Below are positions 56,446 through 64,000 of a stretch of DNA of 64,000 nucleotides, piece by piece. The notes under the pieces were generated by a model. It was not told the origin of the DNA, did not search any database, and was given only the letters and a program-made list of their open reading frames with translations. Origin of the DNA: Candidatus Marinacidobacterales bacterium (lineage in GTDB: Bacteria; Acidobacteriota; Vicinamibacteria; Marinacidobacterales; DATDRI01); assembly GCA_965226495.1 (NCBI GenBank), contig OZ245365.1, forward strand, positions 864,001-928,000, in the 5' to 3' direction. Made by a program: the position numbers and the translations under genes. How positions within the stretch are numbered: the stretch's first letter is position 1; each line of letters starts with the position of its first letter.

Positions 56446-57610
56446 GGAACAAGGCGAAACTCCGCCGCCATGCTTCGTGTTCTCGTCTTCCTCGTCTCTC
56501 TCGGCGCCCGCGTGATCCGAGTGATCTGTCGGCGCCGAGCCGACCTTGTGATAGAAAATCTCGCTCTCGGCAGCAGGTGACGGCGCTCAAGAAGGAGCGG
56601 CCGCGGCCAGCGCTCGAGACGATATCGATCGGGCCTTCTGGGTCGCGCTGCGAAGCTCGTGGCCCGCGTGGGCGAGCCGCTTGGTCATCGTCAACGCCGA
56701 TACAGTTGTCCGGTGGCATCGGGATCGATTCCGGCGATACTGGGCGAAGATCTCGAAGCGCCTCTATCCCGGGCGACCTCGCGTCGAGGCCGAGATTCGT
56801 CGACTCATACGGCTCATGGCGCAAGACGGTTGGGGTGCACCTCGTATCCACGCCGAGCTCATGAAGCTCGGCTTCGTCATCTCCGAGATCCCTCCGCGAT
56901 GTACCTGTGGCAGCTTGCTCCGGCCCGACCGTGTCGCTTCGACTTCTGTATGGCTTCTTCGTCATCGAGCACGGCCGGCGACACATCGTTCACTTCAACG
57001 CCACGTTCCATCCGACGTCGGCCTGGGTGATGCAGCAACTGCGTGAGGCGTTTCCGTACGACACCGCGCCGCGATACCTGGTCTTCGACCGCGACTCTAT
57101 ATTCAGCCCCGCGGTGGTCGAGTTCATAAGGGCCATGGGCACAAAGCCTGTTCGCATCTCCTATCGCAGTCCTTGGCAAAACGGAACCGCCGAGCGCTGG
57201 ATTGGGACCTGTCGTCGCGAGCTCCTCGAGCACGTCGTCGTCCTCAGCGAACGGCATCTCGTCCGGCTCGTGGGCTTGTACATCAGCTATTACCACGAGG
57301 ACCGCTGCCACTTGGGTCTCGACAACGACACTCCGAACGAGAGAACGGTCACGCCACGACCGTCACCCGCGGCGAAGGTCGTGGCACTGCCGCGCGTCGG
57401 TGGACTGCACCATCGGTACGAGTGGCGCGAGGCTGCGTAGCAACGTTTTCGGCTGCATCCGGGGTCCCGAGTCTTGACATCCCCGGCGCTCCTGAATCCG
57501 CTCTCCGCGTCAACTCGGGGCCATCTCTCAGGCTTTGAACCTCGTTTCGTCGTCGCTTCTCGCTTCGCGTGGCTGTTCGATCCCCGCCGGATCAATAATG
57601 ACAAGGGACA
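56446..57610 (+). mobile_element. IS element, copy 3 (diverged, left end lost, internal deletion and frameshifts)
   Basis: Homologous fragments 56681-57046 and 56907-57440; right IR AATAATGACAAGGGACA. Confidence 0.85.
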
Positions 57611-57998
57611 GGCCGGAGATCTGCTCTGGGCTCCAGTCGGCCTTAAGCTTCTTCTCCACCAGGGCAAAGTCGGCCTTTGTGAAGTACTGGTTTCGGCGAG
57701 ACCGCGAGCGTCGTCCGTTCGTTCTCTCGATGGCCTTGCTCGGCCGGTAGCATCCATCACTAGGTGAGCTGTTCCTCCTGACCTCTCTCGAGATGGTGCT
57801 CCGGTGGCGCCCCAGGCGCCGCGCGATCTCGGCCGAGCAAAATCCCTCCCGTCGCAGCGCCGCGATGGTGTAGCGTTCTTCCGAGGTGATCTGGTAATAA
57901 GTCATTAGCGAGTCCCCATTCTTGGTCGTTTGAGGAATCGTGGTACATTCCAGGTCACCTCATCCGGGAGCTGTGTTGCACTTACTTTATGAATTCGC
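57611..57998 (-). mobile_element. Truncated IS30-family element (left end plus transposase N-terminus)
   Basis: MTYYQITSEER...AEIARRLGRHRSTISREVRRN...WSPEQISG, cut at the copy-3 IR; terminal GCGAATTCATAAAGTAAGTGCAACA. Confidence 0.82.
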
Positions 57999-58147
57999 GG
58001 GGGAGACCACCATGAACGGGCGGACCAGGGGATGGCTCGACAGCCTTGATTGTGCTTAAATGTCCGAATTCTCGGCGGTCGGTTCAACGCCGTGTCGCAT
58101 CGATTTGAGCGCCGCATGGGGTCGGCCTCCACGAAAGGAGCAGCCGG

Positions 58148-59578
58148 GTGAAGAAACCCAATCGTAGCGTAGTTCCGCGTCGCATCGTGATTCTGTTGGC
58201 CCTGCTGAGTGTAGGGACAGCAATCTCAGAAGCAGCCGAGTGGTCGCGCTATCGAGGGCCGAACGGGTCAGGGATCTCAGACGCGGTCGGCCTTCCCATC
58301 GTGTTCGGGCCTGCGAAGCACCTGGTGTGGAAAACGAAGCTGCCTCCCGGGCACTCCTCTCCCGTCTTAACCGAAGATCGGATCTTCCTCACCGCCTTCG
58401 AGGACGAGATTCTCCTGACGTTCTGTCTGGACCGTGAGACCGGAGAAATCCTGTGGCGCCGGGTGGCTCCCCGGGACCGTAGCGAAAAGCTGGATCGACG
58501 GAATTCGCCTGCTTCTCCAACCCCGGTGACCGATGGCGAAAATGTCTACGTCTTCTTCGGGGACTTTGGGATGCTCTCCTATGACTCTGCCGGCAACGAG
58601 CGCTGGAGGCTGCCGCTCGGACCCTTTGACAACGCGTATGGGATGGCGGCATCTCCGATCATCGTCGAGGACAAGGTGGTTCTGGTGTGCGACCAGGCCA
58701 CCGGGTCGTTCATGATCGCGGTGGGAAGGGATGACGGCCAGCCTAGGTGGAAAGTGGATCGCGCGGAGTACAAGACCGGACACTCCACCCCAATTGAGTA
58801 CCGCACGGAGCGGGGCGACGTGCTGCTCCTCGTCCCGGGATCTTTTCGCCTGACCGCGTACACCGTCGATACTGGCGAGCCGGTTTGGTGGGTGACGGGT
58901 CTGGCCTTCGAGATGAAGGCTACCCCGGTCTTCGACCGGGACATGGTTTTCATCAACGGTACCAGCGGCGCCCAGGCCAGCATTCCACCATTCGAGAAAG
59001 TGTTGCCTGCATATGACGAGGACGGTGATGGGCTCTTCTCCCGCGAAGAGACAAAGGACGGGAGAGTCAAGTGGTTCGGGTTGATGGACCTGGACGGGAG
59101 CGGCTTTCTCGATGCCGAGGAATGGGCCTATTACCAGGCGGCTAGCGCGACACGGGGCGGGATGTACGGCTTCACACTCGGCGGTCGCGGCGACATGACG
59201 GAGGCCAACTTTCGCTGGCACTACGGCAAGTCTGTTCCCCAGCTCCCATCTTCCTTGCTCTACAAGGGCGTCCTTCACATGTTGAGTGACACCGGCATCG
59301 TGACATCCTTCGAGCCGTCAACGGGCAAGGTCATCAACCAAGGTAGACTGAAAGGTGCGATCGACAACTTCCGCGCGGCTCCGGTGGCCGCGGACGACAA
59401 GATTTTCATGGTTAGTGAGTCGGGCAAGGTCGTGGTGATGGAGTCTGACGGTAGCCTCGAGGTATTGGCCGTGAACGACCTCGACGATCTGTGCTTCGCC
59501 ACACCCGCCGTCGCTGACGGTCGAATCTACATTCGCACGATGAGCGCTCTCTACAGCTTCGGCCTTACGACCCCTTAA
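58148..59578 (+). CDS. Exported PQQ-binding-like beta-propeller with EF-hand insert
   Basis: Signal peptide; WSRYRGPNGSG, GHSSP, ASPTP, ASP and ATPA repeats; EF-hand loops DEDGDGLFSREE and DLDGSGFLDAEE. Confidence 0.85.
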   Translation: MKKPNRSVVPRRIVILLALLSVGTAISEAAEWSRYRGPNGSGISDAVGLPIVFGPAKHLVWKTKLPPGHSSPVLTEDRIFLTAFEDEILLTFCLDRETGEILWRRVAPRDRSEKLDRRNSPASPTPVTDGENVYVFFGDFGMLSYDSAGNERWRLPLGPFDNAYGMAASPIIVEDKVVLVCDQATGSFMIAVGRDDGQPRWKVDRAEYKTGHSTPIEYRTERGDVLLLVPGSFRLTAYTVDTGEPVWWVTGLAFEMKATPVFDRDMVFINGTSGAQASIPPFEKVLPAYDEDGDGLFSREETKDGRVKWFGLMDLDGSGFLDAEEWAYYQAASATRGGMYGFTLGGRGDMTEANFRWHYGKSVPQLPSSLLYKGVLHMLSDTGIVTSFEPSTGKVINQGRLKGAIDNFRAAPVAADDKIFMVSESGKVVVMESDGSLEVLAVNDLDDLCFATPAVADGRIYIRTMSALYSFGLTTP

Positions 59579-59648
59579 GCTTATTGAAGACGGGGATAAT
59601 CGTGCGATAATGGGCGTCTCTCGCCGACGTCACTTCAAGGAGGATGAC

Positions 59649-60230
59649 ATGAGAAACTTCTGGATGGGCGTGGTCTTGGCCCCGCTGGTTCTTTCAATGG
59701 CGGCGTCCGAGGCCGCGCAGGAACCCGAAGTGCAGACCTTCCAGCCGCTTAGCAGTCGGGCCATCTATCTAGGGCGGGTTTTGGACGACGGCGCGTTAGG
59801 ACAGCGCGCGCTAGAGCAAAACGCGGCCAGCGGCGCAATCGAAGTCTACAATGTCTGGACTAGCTTTCAGGAACCCCAGATCAAGAGCAACCTCAGCCTG
59901 AAGGGCCACGCTTACCAAATCTGCGGCGACCAATACAATTCGTTCTTCTTTGCCAGTCTGATCTTCAACTCCGCAAATTCCATCGACGTCGAGGTAACCT
60001 ACAATCTCTCCAAAGCGCGAAAACAGTCGACCACTTGTTCCTTCGATGTCAATCTCCCTGGCTTGTGGCTGCTCATGTGTGAGGGCGATTCTCGGGATTA
60101 CGTCACCGGCTTGTACAAGCTCAAGGCCAAGCACACTGTCACCCAGGGAGGTTCCGGCCGCGGCACGGCAAAGTGTTTTTTTGATGTTCTCGCCTGCCTC
60201 AGTGGTGAGGGCCCGCCGCCGGTCTACTGA
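59649..60230 (+). CDS. Exported hypothetical protein
   Basis: RBS AAGGAGG, signal peptide ending SEA/AA, beta-rich, five Cys. Confidence 0.65.
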   Translation: MRNFWMGVVLAPLVLSMAASEAAQEPEVQTFQPLSSRAIYLGRVLDDGALGQRALEQNAASGAIEVYNVWTSFQEPQIKSNLSLKGHAYQICGDQYNSFFFASLIFNSANSIDVEVTYNLSKARKQSTTCSFDVNLPGLWLLMCEGDSRDYVTGLYKLKAKHTVTQGGSGRGTAKCFFDVLACLSGEGPPPVY

Positions 60231-60248
60231 GCGGATCGACAATCTCGG

Positions 60249-63200
60249 ATGAGGTGGCATTTCTGGATCGACAGGGGTGGCACCTTTACCGATGTGGTGG
60301 GCCGGCGTCCCGACGGCGCCGTCGTATCGCAAAAACTCCTTTCGGAAAACCCGGGCCGCTACACCGACGCGGCGATTGAAGGTATCCGGCGGCTACTCGA
60401 TGTTCCGATCGCGGCCGCGATCCCCGCCTCCGAGATCGAGGTGGTCAAGATGGGAACGACCGTGGCCACCAATGCGCTCCTGGAGCGAAGGGGAGTCCCC
60501 GTGGCGCTCGCCATCACCAAGGGGTTCCGAGACGCGCTGCGCATCGCTTACCAGAATCGGCCCCGGCTCTTCGTCCACCGGATCGAGCTTCCCGGGATGC
60601 TCTACGAGCGGGTGCTCGAGGTTGATGAGCGAATGAGTGCCCAGGGCGAGGTGTTGCATCCCCTCTCGATCGAGGCGGTCCGTCGCGACTTGGAAGTGGC
60701 TTTCGCAGCCGGCATCCGTTCCTTGGCCATCGTCTTCATGCACGGGTATCGCTACCCGAATCACGAGAAGCAAGTAGCGGCGCTGGCGCGGGAGATCGGG
60801 TTTACGCAGATCTCGGCGAGCTCAGAGGTAAGCCCACTCATGAAGCTCGTCTCGCGCGGCGACACCACGGTCGTCGACGCCTATCTCTCGCCGATCCTTC
60901 GCCGCTATGTGGACGGCGTCTCGGGTGAGCTGGGCACTACTCGCTTGATGTTCATGCAGTCCAGCGGCGGCCTTACCGACGCCCACCTCTTTCGTGGCAA
61001 GGACGCCATCCTCTCCGGGCCGGCAGGGGGTCTGGTGGGCGCGGTGGAGACATCGGCCATGGGCGGCTTCGAGAAGATCATTACCCTCGACATGGGCGGC
61101 ACTTCCACGGATGTGGCCCACTACGACGGTGAGTACCCACGGGTCTTCGAGACGCGGGTGGCGGGCGTTCGTATGCGGGCGCCGATGATCGAGATCCATA
61201 CCGTTGCCGCTGGCGGTGGGTCCATCGTGAGGTTCGACGGCGCGCGTTATCGCGTGGGCCCCGAATCGGCAGGCGCCGACCCGGGCCCCGCCTGCTACCG
61301 GCGTGAGGGGCCGCTGGCTCTTACCGATGCCAACCTCATGCTGGGCCGCATCGTTCCGGAGTTCTTCCCCCATGTCTTTGGCCCCGAGGGCAACTCGCCC
61401 CTAGACGCGGAAGTCGTTTCCAGGGGTTTCGCCGAGTTGGCGAAGACGATCGGCGAGGCCACCGACGATGTGCGCCGCCCCGAGGAGGTGGCCGAGGGTT
61501 TCCGCCGGATCGCCATCGAGAACATGGCCAACGCCATCAAGAAGATCTCGCTCGAGCGTGGCTACGACGTAACCGAGTACACGCTGAGTTGCTTCGGCGG
61601 CGCGGGTGGGCAACATGCGTGCGACATCGCCGATACCCTGGGGATGACCACGATCTTTCTGCACCCCCTGGCAGGCGTTCTCTCCGCCTACGGTATGGGG
61701 CTGGCCGACGTTAGGGCGCTTAGGGAGCAGGCGGTCGAAGCCGAGCTAGACGAAGAGATGCTCGCCTCGCTCTCGGACACCTTGGAGCGTTTGGCGGAGG
61801 CGGGGCGGAAGGAGCTTCGTCACCAGGGTGTCGCGGAGGAGCACATCGAGGTGCTTCAGAAGGTGCATCTGCGCTATATGGGTACCGACTCGGCCCTCGT
61901 CATCGACTACGGAGATCTAGCTTCCGTCACCACCCGGTTCGAGGCCGCCCACCGTCAGCGCTTTGGGTTCACAATGGAAGACAAGGGTTTCATGGTGGAG
62001 GCGGTCTCGGTCGAGGTGATTGGCCGGACGACCACGGTCGAAGAGCCACTTCTGGAGGCCGTGGTCCGCAAACAACCGATCGAGCCTAGTACCCACGTTC
62101 CCATGTATGTGGGGGGCGATTGGCATGACACACCCGTTTACGAGCGAGAAGATCTCGTCCGTGGCGACACGATCGACGGCCCGGCCATCATCACGGAAGC
62201 GGGGAGCACCACGGTCGTCGAGCTCGGCTGGCAATCGCGGCTTACCGAGCGTAACCACCTCGTGTTGAAGCGCGTGGTCCCGCTTCCCCGTCGCAAAGTG
62301 GTGGGCACCGAGGCCGACCCGGTGATGCTCGAGATCTTCAATAACCTCTTCATGTCCATTGCCGAGCAAATGGGCTCGACCCTCGAGAAGACCGCCTACT
62401 CTGTGAACATCAAGGAACGACTCGACTTCTCCTGCGCCATTTTCGATCCGCACGGGAACCTCGTCGCCAACGCCCCTCACATGCCGGTTCACTTGGGGTC
62501 CATGAGCGAGAGCATCCGTACTGTGATCCGCGAGAACCGGGAGCAACTAGCTCCCGGAAACGTTTATGTGTTGAACGCACCTTACAACGGCGGGACTCAC
62601 TTGCCGGACGTCACCGTGGTGACGCCGGTCTTCGACGCCGGCGGTAACGAGCTCCGGTTCTTCGTGGCGAGTCGTGGTCACCATGCCGATATTGGAGGCG
62701 TGACACCGGGCTCCATGCCGCCTGACAGCCGCAGCGTGGACGAGGAGGGTGTGCTCATCGACAACTTCAAGCTGGTCGATGGCGGTCGATTCCGCGAGGC
62801 GGCCATGCGCCAACTACTAACCTCGGGACGTTACCCGGCGAGAAATCCGGACCAAAACATCGCTGATTTGAAGGCCCAGATTGCCGCCAACGAGAAGGGA
62901 GTTCAGGAGATCGGAAAGATGATCGAGCACTACGGCCTGAACGTCGTGCACGCTTACATGAAGCATGTGCAGGACAACGCCGAGGAGCATGTACGCCGCG
63001 TGCTCGACGTGCTCAAGGACGGTCGCTTCCGCTATCCTCTCGACGACGGTGCTGTCGTGGCGGTCCAGATCCGCATCGACAAAGAAAGCCGGAGCGCACT
63101 CATCGACTTCTCCGAGACCAGCCCCCAGCAGCCGACGAACTTCAACGCGCCCAGTGCGGTGTGCCGTGCCGCCGTGCTCTACGTTTTCCGTACTCTGGTC

Positions 63201-63845
63201 GATGACGAGATCCCGATGAACGAAGGCTGCCTCAAACCGCTTGAAATCACCATCCCCGAAGGCTCGATGCTGAGCCCTCGCTATCCCGCCGCCGTGGTCG
63301 CAGGCAACGTGGAGACTAGCCAAATCATCACCGACACGCTCTATGGAGCTTTGGGAGTCCTCGCCGCTTCCCAAGGCACCATGAACAACTTCACCTTCGG
63401 CAACGATCGACATCAGTACTATGAGACCGTTGCCGGCGGCGCCGGCGCCGGGCCGGACTTCGACGGCACTGACGCCGTCCACACCCACATGACGAACTCA
63501 CGTTTGACGGATCCAGAGGTGCTCGAGTGGCGGTTCCCCGTGCTCCTGGAGTGCTTCGAGATCCGTCGCGGCTCCGGAGGGTCTGGCCGGCATCGGGGAG
63601 GCGACGGAGCGCGCCGACGGATCGTCTTCCGCGAGGCGATGACGGCGGCCATCCTTTCCAGCCACCGGAAGGTGCCTCCCTTCGGCGTTGACGGTGGGGA
63701 GACCGGAGCGTTAGGCCGCAACCGGGTCGAGCGGACGGACGGAACGGTAGAAGAGCTCGAAGGCACCGACCAGACCGAAATGAATCCAGGAGATGTCTTC
63801 GTCATCGAAACCCCAGGGGGTGGCGGCTTCGGTCCTCCCGAGTAG
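60249..63845 (+). CDS. oplA: 5-oxoprolinase (fused hydantoinase A/B)
   Basis: IDRGGTFTD, MGTTVATNALLER, DMGGTSTDV, AGGGS, SVNIKERLDFSCA, HMTNSRLTDPE and ETPGGGG motifs. Confidence 0.92.
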   Translation: MRWHFWIDRGGTFTDVVGRRPDGAVVSQKLLSENPGRYTDAAIEGIRRLLDVPIAAAIPASEIEVVKMGTTVATNALLERRGVPVALAITKGFRDALRIAYQNRPRLFVHRIELPGMLYERVLEVDERMSAQGEVLHPLSIEAVRRDLEVAFAAGIRSLAIVFMHGYRYPNHEKQVAALAREIGFTQISASSEVSPLMKLVSRGDTTVVDAYLSPILRRYVDGVSGELGTTRLMFMQSSGGLTDAHLFRGKDAILSGPAGGLVGAVETSAMGGFEKIITLDMGGTSTDVAHYDGEYPRVFETRVAGVRMRAPMIEIHTVAAGGGSIVRFDGARYRVGPESAGADPGPACYRREGPLALTDANLMLGRIVPEFFPHVFGPEGNSPLDAEVVSRGFAELAKTIGEATDDVRRPEEVAEGFRRIAIENMANAIKKISLERGYDVTEYTLSCFGGAGGQHACDIADTLGMTTIFLHPLAGVLSAYGMGLADVRALREQAVEAELDEEMLASLSDTLERLAEAGRKELRHQGVAEEHIEVLQKVHLRYMGTDSALVIDYGDLASVTTRFEAAHRQRFGFTMEDKGFMVEAVSVEVIGRTTTVEEPLLEAVVRKQPIEPSTHVPMYVGGDWHDTPVYEREDLVRGDTIDGPAIITEAGSTTVVELGWQSRLTERNHLVLKRVVPLPRRKVVGTEADPVMLEIFNNLFMSIAEQMGSTLEKTAYSVNIKERLDFSCAIFDPHGNLVANAPHMPVHLGSMSESIRTVIRENREQLAPGNVYVLNAPYNGGTHLPDVTVVTPVFDAGGNELRFFVASRGHHADIGGVTPGSMPPDSRSVDEEGVLIDNFKLVDGGRFREAAMRQLLTSGRYPARNPDQNIADLKAQIAANEKGVQEIGKMIEHYGLNVVHAYMKHVQDNAEEHVRRVLDVLKDGRFRYPLDDGAVVAVQIRIDKESRSALIDFSETSPQQPTNFNAPSAVCRAAVLYVFRTLVDDEIPMNEGCLKPLEITIPEGSMLSPRYPAAVVAGNVETSQIITDTLYGALGVLAASQGTMNNFTFGNDRHQYYETVAGGAGAGPDFDGTDAVHTHMTNSRLTDPEVLEWRFPVLLECFEIRRGSGGSGRHRGGDGARRRIVFREAMTAAILSSHRKVPPFGVDGGETGALGRNRVERTDGTVEELEGTDQTEMNPGDVFVIETPGGGGFGPPE

Positions 63846-64000
63846 TGACCGGCTCCCTGTTGCTTTGTGCACGCTGGGGGTATATGGGATAGGTGCATGC
63901 ATCCCAGTGGAGCCCTATCCCTAAATCGCTGGAACGCTCGCCCGCTCTTCGCAAAGGCTCACCTCCGCTTCACTGTGATCATTCCTGATGGTTTTCTCTC

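Noticed and set aside
63884-63925. GGGATAGG...CCTATCCC inverted repeat as an IS end or terminator
   Set aside because: Short arms, long loop, no U-tract, and the context is cut off by the window edge.

Overview
GC-rich (roughly 60% by eye) bacterial chromosomal segment. Gene content (Ser/Thr kinase-TolB-TPR protein, PQQ-type beta-propeller, DUF305-LVIVD fusion, many exported hydrolases) suggests an Acidobacteriota-like organism, which is inference only. It holds about 50 mostly metabolic or envelope genes: a complete Rrf2-sufBCDSUT operon with a recognisable promoter and operator, zwf, trpF, apbE and an nqrM-like gene, a fused 5-oxoprolinase, a comDE-aldehyde dehydrogenase cluster facing an acyl-CoA dehydrogenase/CoA-transferase/MaoC/ThDP-enzyme operon, two nucleotidyltransferase toxin-antitoxin modules with palindromic operators, and a nest of IS elements (51.3-58.0 kb). 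No rRNA, tRNA or CRISPR array was seen. Best leads: (1) a DUF1611 (DgcN-like) plus PLP-racemase operon behind a structured leader with competing stems and a sequestered RBS (candidate new riboswitch and pathway); (2) a queuosine-salvage (QNG1) glycosylase with a twin-arginine export signal; (3) a diverged duplicate of the zwf 3' end split at a 14-bp core by an 885-bp insert (att-like scar); (4) a Tat-less, rdhB-less reductive dehalogenase beside an RclA-like reductase; (5) an unannotated 23-aa membrane peptide coupled to bactofilin; (6) several pseudogenes that keep both ends but have lost the middle. All functional calls come from motif recognition by eye; no database searches were run.
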